Of a stretch of 64,000 bases of DNA, positions 1-9,186 are shown in pieces. The notes below the pieces were generated by a model. It made no database searches and was not told the origin of the DNA. It saw nothing but the letters and a program-made list of their open reading frames with translations. The stretch is taken from NCBI GenBank assembly GCA_963731735.1, contig CAVSWO010000002.1, forward strand, positions 470,001 to 534,000. The letters run 5' to 3'. Source of the stretch: Candidatus Kerfeldbacteria bacterium. GTDB lineage: Bacteria; Patescibacteriota; Patescibacteriia; SBBC01; CAIJZX01. A program made the position numbers and the translations under genes. How positions within the stretch are numbered: position 1 is the stretch's first letter; every line of letters begins with the position of its first letter.

Positions 1-310
1 CAGCCACAATTTCCGTTCGATACTTCTTGACGCCACTTGGATCATCCCAAGAACGTGTTTGCAAGCGGCCTTCAACGAAGACTTTACTGCCTTTGCGGCA
101 ATAGGTGCTAATAGTTTGTGCCAGTTTGCTCCAGGCGACGCAGTTGTGAAACTCGGTGGCTTCACGCATCTCACTGGTTTGCTGGTCCTTCCAACGGCGC
201 GAAGTAGCGACGCTGAATGAAACAACGGTTTGGCCGGAATTGGTTGTTCGCGACTCAGGGTCGCGAGTAATGTTGCCGAGGATTTGTGCGCGATTGAGAC
301 TAAAACTCAT
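1..310 (-). CDS. ssb: single-stranded DNA-binding protein, 5' part only (gene continues beyond the window start)
   Basis: A minus-strand ATG sits at 308-310. The translation MSFSLNRAQILGNITRDPESRTTNSGQTVVSFSVATSRRWKDQQTSEMREATEFHNCVAWSKLAQ... is a canonical SSB OB-fold N-terminus. It lies 18 nt downstream of rpsF, as in the conserved rpsF-ssb-rpsR operon. It is absent from the ORF track because no stop codon falls inside the window. Confidence 0.8.
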   Translation of the reverse strand, partial: MSFSLNRAQILGNITRDPESRTTNSGQTVVSFSVATSRRWKDQQTSEMREATEFHNCVAWSKLAQTISTYCRKGSKVFVEGRLQTRSWDDPSGVKKYRTEIVA

Positions 311-328
311 AGGACGTTGAAAAGTTAA

Positions 329-829
329 TTAAACGTCGACGGTATCTTCGTCTAAAATTTCTTCTAATTTTTGTTCCAGCTCAGGCGCGTTAACGTCCGC
401 GACTGGTTCGGCTGGCTTTGCCGGGGCCGGTTCAGCTTCGGTAGCCATCGCCTCAACGGTTTCCTTTTCCTTCTGTGCCTGCCGCTTGGCAGCCAATCGC
501 TCTTGCAGTTGCTTCTCGGCCGCTAATTGTTCCGGTGTCTTGACAATCCGGTGGACGATTTGATAACGCAGAACGGATTCATGCAAACGTAGGATTTGAT
601 CCAGGGCCGGTAACTTGTCGGTTTCCAAATCAAATTCGACCAAGTCGTAATAGCCTTGTCGAAACTTATCGATTTCATAGGCCAGCTTTCGCTTGCCCCA
701 AAAATCCTCTTTGACAATACTGGCGCCCTGATCCTTGATCAGTTGGTGAATTGCCTGGCTGGCCGGTTGGGCCTCCTCTTCGGTCAGATTGCCGGGCAAG
801 ATATAGAGAAGTTCGTAGTGTCCTGTCAT
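329..829 (-). CDS. rpsF: 30S ribosomal protein S6
   Basis: The internal start MTGHYELLYILPGNLTEEEA...KDQGASIVKEDFWGKRKLAYEI...GYYDLVEFD is the typical S6 sequence, with an acidic C-terminal tail. The ORF-track start at 943 adds an implausible 38-aa extension. The ATG at 829 gives a standard length. Confidence 0.85.
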   Translation of the reverse strand: MTGHYELLYILPGNLTEEEAQPASQAIHQLIKDQGASIVKEDFWGKRKLAYEIDKFRQGYYDLVEFDLETDKLPALDQILRLHESVLRYQIVHRIVKTPEQLAAEKQLQERLAAKRQAQKEKETVEAMATEAEPAPAKPAEPVADVNAPELEQKLEEILDEDTVDV

Positions 830-1491
830 GATTGGAATAGTAAATAAGACGGGTGATGCAGCCCGCCCGAGGCCTGGAACAGCTTCGGAATGATGCGCGG
901 ACCCACTTGATGGTGGGGCCCCTGAAGGACAGGAGCACAGCAACGTATTCGGAGCCTACCAGATGGGATGAATTTTGGCAAGGGGGGTCGCGAGCGGTAA
1001 ATAGGCTGGATAAAATTACCGCTAATGGTGGAAACTGCTTGACAGGTGTCGAGAATTGTCTCAGGGTTATCGAGTACCCTGCGTCACCCACCCTATTTCA
1101 ACCGGAGGGTTTATGGTCGAGCGTGTATCGATTCCAATTGGAGTTCATGGTGAAGAGGTCCTGATCGAAGGGGATAAGGCGGAAGATCATTTCCGTCTCG
1201 AACGCTCCCCAGTTGATGGGAAAATACATCTCGGGGTTCACCCAGGCTGTGATGGGAAAGTCCAGATTGTGGACATCAGCCCCTTCAACCAAGCCCTGAT
1301 TTGTACCGGTTGTTTCCTGCGACTGGTTCTACCTAACAATCAGATCCAAACCACCGGTCGACTCAAGTCCCTTCTCACGGTTACCATTCAGACCCTACGC
1401 GAGAAAAAGCGGAACCTCATGCTTCGCGCGTAGACGTCTCCAGCAATGTCCCTCTCGCACGAGGGACATTTTTCTTATACACTATAGCCAT

Positions 1492-2697
1492 ATGCACGAA
1501 TACGCAGTGTTTCTTGGACGTGAAGCGGCTCTTTCAATGGCCGAGTTGGAAGCTATTTTCGCTCGGTCGGAGCATCGGCTGCGATCCGTCTCGCGGGAAC
1601 GGGCGATTGTGACTGGGCCGGAATTCCGGCCAGATTTCATAGCCCATCTGGGTGGAATCATAAAAATAGCCAGTGTTGAAGCGGAAAGCACGCAGGCCAG
1701 TAATCCTGTCGCCGCCGCCGCCAACCTCCTGACGCCAGATTGGATTGTACGGCAGCTGCCCACCGGCCGAATTGAGTTTGGTTTGAGTTTGTATGGAATG
1801 CGCGCGTCGCAGGAACGGCAAATCCAGCGCCAAGCGATGCGACTCAAGAAAGAATTGGTGGCCGCCGGCCGGCAGGTTCGCGTCGTGGTTTCGCGCGAAC
1901 CGCAACTTTCGGCCGTCACCGTGGTCCGGCAAGGCTTGCTGAAGCACGGGAAGGAATTCATCTTAGATTGGCAAGCCGGAGTTTTGCGCTTGGCGATCAC
2001 GCAGGCAGTTCAGGACTACCAAGCTTACACCATCCGTGATCGTGGCCGGCCGGCGGCCGATCCGCGCAGTGGCATGTTGCCGGTCAAAGTCGCGCAGATG
2101 ATGTTGAACATCGCGCAAGTGACCTCCGAGGATGTGCTACTTGATCCTTTTTGCGGATCAGGCACGATCGTGCAAGAAGCGGTGTTGTTGGGCGTTCGAG
2201 AAGTTCACGGGAGCGATGTGGAAACCCGAGCCGTCAAAGACAGTCAAACCAATCTACGCTGGTTGTTCAAAGAGTTTCCCTCAGTACACGCAAACGTGGA
2301 AATCACCAAGCGTGATGCCCGCCAAGCCAGCATCCGGCCAACCGTGATTGTGACCGAACCCTATCTCGGGAAACCGTTGCGCGGCAACGAATCGGAAAGT
2401 TTTCTTGGCCGGCAGATTCGCGATTTGGAAAAACTCTATGCTGAATCCTTTGCAACCTGGGCCACCAGTTTACCAAGCGGTGGCCGGGTCGTCATGGTTT
2501 GGCCGGAATTTATGCTAGCCGGGCAGCCACGGAGCCTCGCCCTGGAAGAAAAAATTTCTCAACTTGGATTTCAAGCCGAAGCCCTATTGGCTGAAACCAC
2601 CGCCCAGGCCTTAAACCACGATCAGCGTTTGATGGTTTCGTACGGCCGTCCCGACGCCAAGCTTCGACGGCAAATTCGGAAGTGGACAAAACTGTAG
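1492..2697 (+). CDS. putative RNA methyltransferase (Trm11/RlmL-like, UPF0020/THUMP-type N2-guanine or N6-adenine class)
   Basis: A 401-aa ORF carrying SAM-binding motif I LLDPFCGSGTIVQEA and a degenerate motif IV (VTEPYLG). These are typical of the COG0116/Trm11 family. Confidence 0.55.
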   Translation: MHEYAVFLGREAALSMAELEAIFARSEHRLRSVSRERAIVTGPEFRPDFIAHLGGIIKIASVEAESTQASNPVAAAANLLTPDWIVRQLPTGRIEFGLSLYGMRASQERQIQRQAMRLKKELVAAGRQVRVVVSREPQLSAVTVVRQGLLKHGKEFILDWQAGVLRLAITQAVQDYQAYTIRDRGRPAADPRSGMLPVKVAQMMLNIAQVTSEDVLLDPFCGSGTIVQEAVLLGVREVHGSDVETRAVKDSQTNLRWLFKEFPSVHANVEITKRDARQASIRPTVIVTEPYLGKPLRGNESESFLGRQIRDLEKLYAESFATWATSLPSGGRVVMVWPEFMLAGQPRSLALEEKISQLGFQAEALLAETTAQALNHDQRLMVSYGRPDAKLRRQIRKWTKL

Positions 2698-2707
2698 GAT
2701 AAAAAAA

Positions 2708-2734
2708 GACTCTGCCAGGCACAGAGTCTTGTCG
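2708..2734 (+). terminator. hairpin terminator after the methyltransferase gene (possibly bidirectional)
   Basis: GACTCTG-ccaggca-CAGAGTC followed by TTGTCG, with an A7 run immediately upstream giving a T-run on the opposite strand. Coordinates approximate. Confidence 0.4.
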
Positions 2735-2851
2735 AACAAGGGCGGTGGTGATTACCGTCGCCACCTCACAGGATCACCTCCTCGGCAGTGCTCCGCAACG
2801 GAAGCGTGGAAGAAGGCATGTGATGCATGCGGACCTCCTTGGCCGGTGGTG

Positions 2852-2882
2852 AAAAAAGTCTAGGGTGCGCCTGGGGCACCCT
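2852..2882 (-). terminator. rho-independent terminator read on the minus strand
   Basis: The minus strand reads AGGGTGC-cccaggc-GCACCCT followed by AGACTTTTTT. This closes about 260 nt of untranslated minus-strand sequence downstream of ychF. Confidence 0.5.
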
Positions 2883-3140
2883 CCATGTCAGGTGGCATGC
2901 CGCAGCTTGAGTTTGAGCGAAAAACACCTCCTCCAGATGTGCGCCCAAAGTTTGGCGCGCCGGTTTCCGTGCTTGCACGGGTGGATCGAACTTCGGTTAG
3001 TCCGCCGGTGGGGAAGTTGCCGGTCTTTCACACGCCCTCCATGGGTCTGTGAGAAGACAACCGACCACAGGGCATTCGCCGACTGTGGCTGTGAAGAACT
3101 ACTATGTTCAGTATACGATACTTACGCCGGGTAGAAAAGT

Positions 3141-4220
3141 TCAGGCATCAACCCGGAAAAAAACCACGTCACCGTCCTGCATGACGTATGCTTTGCCCTC
3201 AATCCGGAGTTTTCCGGCGGTTTTTGCGGCCTCCCAGGATCCGGCGGCAATCAAATCAGGGTAGGAAACGATTTCCGCGCGGATGAAATGCTTTTCGAAA
3301 TCCGTGTGGATAACCCCGGCGGCTTGGGGTGCTAAGGTGCCGGCCGGGATTGTCCAGGCTCGGCTTTCCTCGGGCCCAGTCGTAAGAAAGGTTTGCAGTT
3401 TGAGTAACGTGAAGCCGGCTTGAATCAGTCGATCTAGCCCAGAACTCGACCAACCTAATTCTTTGAGATAGCTGCCGGCTTCAGCCGGATCGAGACCGGC
3501 CAACTCTTGTTCGACTTTGACCGCGATCACGATTGTTCGGTCGGCCGGCAAATTGTAGGTTTCGGGTTTGGCACTTTTGATTTGATCTTCACTCACATTC
3601 AAGACATACAACAAAGGTTTGAGCGTCAACAAGCCCAACGTTTTCAGATAAGTCGATTGCTCGTCTTCGAGCGGCAAGTCGCGGACGGCTTGGCCGTTAG
3701 CCAGCTGAGTATGTGCCCGTTCCAGGCTGGCCAGCTCGAGTGTTTGCTCCTTCGAAAGGCCGGCTTTCGCCGCCGATCGTAAGGCGGATAATCGTTTTTC
3801 AACGGTGGCTAGATCGGCCATCGCCAGCTCAACCTCTAAGGTTTCAATATCACTGGTCGGGTTGACCGCACCATTCACGTGGAGCACGTTCGGATCATCA
3901 AACGCCCGAACGACTTCGACAATGGCATCAACTTCACGAATGTGCGAAAGGAATTGATTGCCCAAGCCTTCGCCTTGATGGGCGCCCTTGACCAATCCGG
4001 CAATGTCCACAAACTCAATTGTGGTCGGGACGGTTTTGGCCGAGTTCAACATCGTCGTCAGTTTCTCCAGTCGCTGATCGGGTACGGCGACCACGCCCAC
4101 GTTCGGATCAATCGTGGCAAACGGATAGTTCGCGACATCAACTTGTTTTTTCGTCAGGACTTGGAAGAGGGAAGATTTTCCGACATTTGGTAAGCCAACG
4201 ATGCCAATCTGGAATGACAT
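3141..4220 (-). CDS. ychF: ribosome-binding ATPase YchF (Obg-family GTPase)
   Basis: [23 protein letters not shown]...[14 protein letters not shown]... and a C-terminal TGS domain. Full-length 359 aa. Confidence 0.9.
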   Translation of the reverse strand: MSFQIGIVGLPNVGKSSLFQVLTKKQVDVANYPFATIDPNVGVVAVPDQRLEKLTTMLNSAKTVPTTIEFVDIAGLVKGAHQGEGLGNQFLSHIREVDAIVEVVRAFDDPNVLHVNGAVNPTSDIETLEVELAMADLATVEKRLSALRSAAKAGLSKEQTLELASLERAHTQLANGQAVRDLPLEDEQSTYLKTLGLLTLKPLLYVLNVSEDQIKSAKPETYNLPADRTIVIAVKVEQELAGLDPAEAGSYLKELGWSSSGLDRLIQAGFTLLKLQTFLTTGPEESRAWTIPAGTLAPQAAGVIHTDFEKHFIRAEIVSYPDLIAAGSWEAAKTAGKLRIEGKAYVMQDGDVVFFRVDA

Positions 4221-4356
4221 AGGGCGCTATCGTAGCACGCGTTGACAGGCAAATCAAGCCGGCGTAGGGTAGAAGCAGGCCGTTCATTTGAAACAAACTC
4301 GGAGGAATAATTCACGACCAAAACGCTACCCGCCGGACAACACGGAGGTCGGATCC

Positions 4357-4623
4357 ATGTTTGCTCGTGACATGCTTCCCGAAATTCGGACTTTGTTCCG
4401 AATTACCCGCAGGGAGCGGGGAACCAGACGTCTCGAGCTGCTCGGACGCATTCGTCAGGCTCATCGAGCCATTTTGCATGATGACCCGGCCGAAGCACGG
4501 GCCATTATCGATGGACTCTATGGGTTCTATATCGACAGTGACGTCGAACAGATCGCGCTACCCATCATCGTGGGTGTCTCAACCGGACGTCTTTCCTCTC
4601 AGCTGCAATCCCAGGTCGCTTAG
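4357..4623 (+). CDS. hypothetical small protein (88 aa)
   Basis: GGAGG lies 8 nt upstream of the ATG at 4357 (MFARDMLPEIRTLFRITRRERG...). No recognisable domain. Convergent with the yvlD-like gene, overlapping it by 4 nt. Confidence 0.35.
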   Translation: MFARDMLPEIRTLFRITRRERGTRRLELLGRIRQAHRAILHDDPAEARAIIDGLYGFYIDSDVEQIALPIIVGVSTGRLSSQLQSQVA

Positions 4624-4970
4624 GCCTGGGATTTTTTTACCTTGAAGGCAGCGCCAATAAACCAATTGAACAGCCACAGAATCAGTGATCCAGTCAAGGC
4701 CGCGACGAAACCATCGACCTCAAAACCTTTAACGACGGTACTGGCAAACAAGAATATTCCCGCGTTGATAATCAACGCGAACAGGCCGAGGGTTACGATC
4801 GTAATCGGGAGTGTTAAAAAGAGGAGGACCGGACGCAGAATCGCGTTGAGTAATCCAAGCACCAGGGCCAGGATGATGGCAGTGTAAAAACTCGCGACCG
4901 TAATGCCGGGCACCAAATAGGCCACCAGCATGAGTGAGAGGGCTCCGAGGAGCCAGCGGATAAGAATCAT
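4620..4970 (-). CDS. YvlD/DUF360-like 4-TM membrane protein (phage holin family IV-like)
   Basis: A 116-aa protein with four hydrophobic helices, a Gly-rich loop (GLLNAILRP...GLFALIINAGIF) and a terminal KVKK. This pattern is typical of the PF04020 family. Its start overlaps the folD stop (ATGA). Confidence 0.5.
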   Translation of the reverse strand: MILIRWLLGALSLMLVAYLVPGITVASFYTAIILALVLGLLNAILRPVLLFLTLPITIVTLGLFALIINAGIFLFASTVVKGFEVDGFVAALTGSLILWLFNWFIGAAFKVKKSQA

Positions 4971-5764
4971 AGCGGCTGACTAAGTTGATAAGTATTTTTT
5001 AGAACGAACGCAATCGTGAGTGGACCGACGCCGCCCGGGACCGGACTCAAAGCGGCCGCACGGTTTCGGACCGACGGGTCGGCATCACCAACCACCTGTT
5101 TCCCGCGACGTCGGGTCCCCACATCAATGACGGTCGCGCCCGGTTGGATATGCTGGGCCCGGAGACGCGGGCCGCGACCGAGCGCGGTGATGATGACCGC
5201 AGCTTGTTTGGTCCGAGATGGAATTCGCTTGATCGGATGTTCAGTCACGACCTGAAAGCCACGACGTTCTAATTCTTCCGTCAGACGTTGAGTAAAAACC
5301 GACGGCTTGGCTAAGATCATCGCCAACCGCGGCCGGGAAACTTTGGCCAGTCGCAACAGTTCTAGCACCGCTGCGACCGGCGGTGGAACCACGCGTCGAT
5401 TGGCCGGATGAAAACCATCGACATCCTTTCCGGGGTGAATTTGGTTGACGGCCAAATCAGCATTGAGCTGTTTCGGAAGCGGGAGTTGGAGCAGGATACC
5501 ATCCACTTTTCGCTGGCGGTTGAGTCGTTGGATCAGTCGATGCAACGCAGCTTGCGAGACCGTCGAGGGGAGCTGATAGGGAAGGGTGTTGATTCCGACG
5601 CGCGCCGCCGCTTTGGTTTTAAGTCGAACATACAAGTCCGAATCAAAGCGATCACCGACTAAGATGGTGGCCAAGACCGGATGACGGTGACGCCGGCGAA
5701 TGGCGGCGGCCAAACGCGAGAGGATTCGATCGGCCGCCGCGCGTCCATCCAAAATACGCACCAT
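4967..5764 (-). CDS. folD: bifunctional methylenetetrahydrofolate dehydrogenase/cyclohydrolase
   Basis: ILDGRAAADRILS...LATILVGDRFDSDLYVRLKTKAA...VDGILLQLPLP...GGVGPLTIAF are FolD signature regions. Confidence 0.85.
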   Translation of the reverse strand: MVRILDGRAAADRILSRLAAAIRRRHRHPVLATILVGDRFDSDLYVRLKTKAAARVGINTLPYQLPSTVSQAALHRLIQRLNRQRKVDGILLQLPLPKQLNADLAVNQIHPGKDVDGFHPANRRVVPPPVAAVLELLRLAKVSRPRLAMILAKPSVFTQRLTEELERRGFQVVTEHPIKRIPSRTKQAAVIITALGRGPRLRAQHIQPGATVIDVGTRRRGKQVVGDADPSVRNRAAALSPVPGGVGPLTIAFVLKNTYQLSQPL

Positions 5765-5766
5765 GA

Positions 5767-6999
5767 TTACAACTCCGGGTAGAGCGGAAACCGCTGGGCT
5801 AAATCGGCCACCCCGTCCGCCACCTGCTGCCTGACCCGTTGATCATCAGGTTTCGTTAAGCGCTGAATAATCAAATGACCCAGCTGCGCGACATCCGGTT
5901 CCGTAAATCCCCGCGAGGTAATAGCTGGTGTGCCGAGACGGATGCCGGAAGGGTCAAGCGGCTTGCGCGGATCATTGGCGACCAAATTTTTATTGGCGTA
6001 AATGCCAACCTCTTCGAGCAGTTTTTCTGCCTGGGCCCCGGTGAGATCTAACGGGGTGACATCGGCTAAAATCAAATGATTATCTGTTCCGCCGGTAGAA
6101 AGTTTTAAGCCATGGGCGGCCAGGGCTTGGGCTAGCTGGGCGGCGTTTTTGATCACCTGCTGCTGATAGACCGTAAACTCCGGCTGGAGCGCTTCATAAA
6201 ATGCCTGCGCCTTACCGGCCACCACGTGATCGAGTGGGCCGCCCTGAACACCCGGCATAACTGCTTTATCGATCGCCTCCGCATGGGCGGCGGTGGTCAG
6301 GATAATCGCGCCGCGGGGACCCCGCAAAGTTTTATGAGTGGTGGTGGTAACCACGTCGGCGTGCGGGATCGGCGAGTCGTGTAAACCAGCCACGACCAAA
6401 CCCGCGATGTGCGCGATGTCGGCCATATGCAAAGCGCCGACTTCTTTGGCGATGGCGCCAATGGTGGCGAAATCAATCCGACGGGGATAGGCCGAGGCGC
6501 CAGAAATAATCAGTTTCGGTTTATGTGCTTGTGCGAGTTGGCGAATTTGGTCGTAATCGAGGTAGCCGTTCGCATCCACTCCATAGTGGACGATCGTAAA
6601 ATATTTTCCGGACAGATTGCGCTTGAAGCCGTGCGTCAGATGTCCGCCAGAACGTAAATCCATCGACAAAATAGTATCGCCGGGATTCAAAAAAGCCATA
6701 AAGACCGCCAAATTTGCGATCGCGCCGGCGTGCGACTGGACATTTGCGTGCTCAGCCCGGAAGAGCTGTTTGGCGCGCTCAATAGCCAGCAATTCAACCT
6801 GGTCAATAAACTGATTCCCGCCGTAGTACCGCTTGCCGGGATACCCTTCGGAGTATTTATTTGTCAGGACTGAACCGACCGCTTGCAGAACGCCGACCGA
6901 AACCGTATTTTCAGACGCGATTAAGGTTAACCCCTCGCGTTGACGCGCGAGTTCTTGGTCAAGAAGTTTTTGGAGTTGTGGTTCAATGGCGGTTTTCAC
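5767..6999 (-). CDS. glyA: serine hydroxymethyltransferase
   Basis: LIASENTVS...KYSEGYPGKRYYGG...TTTTHKTLRGPRGA are SHMT hallmarks. 410 aa. Confidence 0.95.
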   Translation of the reverse strand: MKTAIEPQLQKLLDQELARQREGLTLIASENTVSVGVLQAVGSVLTNKYSEGYPGKRYYGGNQFIDQVELLAIERAKQLFRAEHANVQSHAGAIANLAVFMAFLNPGDTILSMDLRSGGHLTHGFKRNLSGKYFTIVHYGVDANGYLDYDQIRQLAQAHKPKLIISGASAYPRRIDFATIGAIAKEVGALHMADIAHIAGLVVAGLHDSPIPHADVVTTTTHKTLRGPRGAIILTTAAHAEAIDKAVMPGVQGGPLDHVVAGKAQAFYEALQPEFTVYQQQVIKNAAQLAQALAAHGLKLSTGGTDNHLILADVTPLDLTGAQAEKLLEEVGIYANKNLVANDPRKPLDPSGIRLGTPAITSRGFTEPDVAQLGHLIIQRLTKPDDQRVRQQVADGVADLAQRFPLYPEL

Positions 7000-7777
7000 G
7001 GCGTCGGAATATCCAAATCATTGCCAAGCTGGCGACCGTCATCATAGCGAGGCTGAACAGGATTGGCAAGCGAATTCCATCGATAACTGGGGTGCGGTCA
7101 ATTCGCAGTGATTCAGTGGTGATCCGTAGAGCGCCGTAGCAAATGGCGTAGACCAAGGCCACACTGCCAGCCGGCCACTGGCGCCGCCAGACCCAAAGCA
7201 GCAGCAGCACGATAAGTAGGTTGCCCAGCGACTCATACAGAAAGGTTGGATGAAAATATTGGGCACTCTGGTATGCGGCCGGACGATTAGCCGGGTCGAT
7301 CGGAATACTCCAAGGGAAATTCGACGGCCGGCCAAACAATTCTTGATTGAAATAATTTCCCCAGCGGCCAATAGCTTGACCCAAGGCTAGACCCGGTATC
7401 AAGACATCAGCCAGCGACGCCACCGACAGTTTATGACGGCGGGCGTACAGCCACAGCGTCAGTCCACCGGCGATTATTGCACCATGGATTGCCAAGCCAC
7501 CCTGCCAAATCGCAATAATCCGGTCGGGATGATGCAGATAGTAGGGCAATTCGTTCAAAACATGGTACAGTCGTCCGCCAATGAGCCCAGCCAGCACTAA
7601 CCAGACGAACAGCGTGTTGATGTGATCGCTCGCGATTTGCCGCTGCCGGGCCAGCCAGCTGACCAACCAATAGCCAGCCGCCGCTCCCAGGGCCAACATC
7701 AGACCATACCAGTGAATTTGCAGGTTCCCGAGTGAGAGCAGCGTCGGCTGAGGGTGCCAGGCATGCAGGAAGTTCAT
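6983..7777 (-). CDS. lgt: prolipoprotein diacylglyceryl transferase
   Basis: Carries the Lgt signature GRWGNYFNQELFGRP, with multiple TM helices and an HWYGLM motif. Overlaps the glyA start by 17 nt. Confidence 0.9.
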   Translation of the reverse strand: MNFLHAWHPQPTLLSLGNLQIHWYGLMLALGAAAGYWLVSWLARQRQIASDHINTLFVWLVLAGLIGGRLYHVLNELPYYLHHPDRIIAIWQGGLAIHGAIIAGGLTLWLYARRHKLSVASLADVLIPGLALGQAIGRWGNYFNQELFGRPSNFPWSIPIDPANRPAAYQSAQYFHPTFLYESLGNLLIVLLLLWVWRRQWPAGSVALVYAICYGALRITTESLRIDRTPVIDGIRLPILFSLAMMTVASLAMIWIFRRRENRH

Positions 7778-7819
7778 AGCTTAGATTGTAACATAGTGAT
7801 ATACTCAAGGTAGTTTTCT

Positions 7820-9160
7820 ATGGATTCCTCGATTTTCAAGGCTTACGACATTCGCGGTACGGTACCGGAACAACTCAACGAGAAGATTGCCAACGATATC
7901 GGCCGCGCCTTTTCCGTTTTTCTCAAGGCCTCGTCGGTGATTGTCGGTCGCGATATGCGGCTGTCCGGTCCGGGTTTGTTTAAGGCGGTTACCGATGGTT
8001 TGATGCAACAGGGCACCGATGTGATTGATATCGGGATGGTCAGCACCGACCAGTTTTACTTTGCCTGCGCGCATTTGGGCCTGCCGGGCATGATGGTCAC
8101 TGCTTCGCATAATCCGCCCGAGTACAACGGGTTTAAAATGGTCCGCAAGATGCCGCAGCTGTTGAGCAAAGAAGAGGGCATTCAGTCATTGCATGATTTG
8201 ATTGCGGTTGGCGAATGGCCAACCCCGCAGAAGCGCGGCCAAAAACAAGAACGTGATATTCACGCCGCTTTCCTGCGACAAATCCTGTCGATGATTGATC
8301 TGCGGGTGATCCGGCCGATGAAGGTGATTGCGGATACCGCGAATGGCATGGTGGGGCCCGGACTCACGGCGCTCTTTCCCCGATTGCCAGAAATTTCGTT
8401 TACCGGCATGTACCTTGAACCAGACGGTTCGGTACCGAACCACGGACTCGACCCGCTGAAACCAGAAAATCGAGCCGAGCTCCAGGCGCGCGTGGTGAAG
8501 GAAAACTTTGCGATTGGATTTGCATTTGACGGAGATGGCGATCGATTTTTCGCGATCGATGATCGCGGACAGTTTGTGCCGGGTGATTTTATGACGGCGT
8601 TATTGGGCCAATACCTGCTCGAAAAAAACCCCGGCGCCAATATTATCTATGATGCGCGTGCTTCGTGGGCGGTGCCGGATTTAATCACCGCCGCCGGCGG
8701 TAAACCATTGATTGAGCGGGTCGGCCACACCTACATCAAGCGCCGCATGGCTGCCGAGAACGCGGTTTTCGGGGGTGAAGTCACCGGGCATTATTATTTT
8801 CGCGATTTCTTTTTCGCTGACTCAGGCATGATCCCCATGTTGCTGGTTTTGGAAATGCTCTCGGTCAAACAAAAGAAACTTTCTGAACTCCTTCAACCCC
8901 TCGAGCAGAAATATTTTATCTCCGGCGAAATTAATTCGAAAGTAGCTGGTGATCCAAAGCAGATCCTGAAAGCAATTGCGGAAAAATTCGCTGACGCAAA
9001 AATTGAACAGATTGACGGTGTTTCGGTAACCTATCCAGACTGGCACTGTAACGTCCGGACTTCAAACACCGAGCCGCTGGTTAGATTAAATCTCGAAGGC
9101 AAGACGCCGGAGCTGATGGCCCAGAAGCGTGATGAGGTGCTGGCAATGATTCGATCATAA
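7820..9160 (+). CDS. phosphomannomutase/phosphoglucomutase-family phosphohexomutase
   Basis: FKAYDIRG N-terminal motif and TASHNPPEYNGFK active-site serine loop. 446 aa. The substrate (Man, Glc or GlcN) cannot be told from the sequence. Confidence 0.8.
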   Translation: MDSSIFKAYDIRGTVPEQLNEKIANDIGRAFSVFLKASSVIVGRDMRLSGPGLFKAVTDGLMQQGTDVIDIGMVSTDQFYFACAHLGLPGMMVTASHNPPEYNGFKMVRKMPQLLSKEEGIQSLHDLIAVGEWPTPQKRGQKQERDIHAAFLRQILSMIDLRVIRPMKVIADTANGMVGPGLTALFPRLPEISFTGMYLEPDGSVPNHGLDPLKPENRAELQARVVKENFAIGFAFDGDGDRFFAIDDRGQFVPGDFMTALLGQYLLEKNPGANIIYDARASWAVPDLITAAGGKPLIERVGHTYIKRRMAAENAVFGGEVTGHYYFRDFFFADSGMIPMLLVLEMLSVKQKKLSELLQPLEQKYFISGEINSKVAGDPKQILKAIAEKFADAKIEQIDGVSVTYPDWHCNVRTSNTEPLVRLNLEGKTPELMAQKRDEVLAMIRS

Positions 9161-9186
9161 CCAGTCGCGCAGGGCAGAATTCGATA

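Noticed and set aside
853-1433. ORFs 853..1164 (+), 1056..1433 (+) and 1098..1292 (-) upstream of rpsF
   Set aside because: They overlap one another, show no SD or homology, and lie in the rpsF promoter and leader region. They are treated as noncoding.
2700-3140. Eyeball search for tmRNA, RNase P, SRP RNA or 6S RNA
   Set aside because: No GGUUCGAxUCC/CCA tmRNA end, no RNase P P4 (AGGAAAGUCCGG), and no SRP domain IV (GGAAGCAGCCA) were found. It is left as an unassigned structured region.
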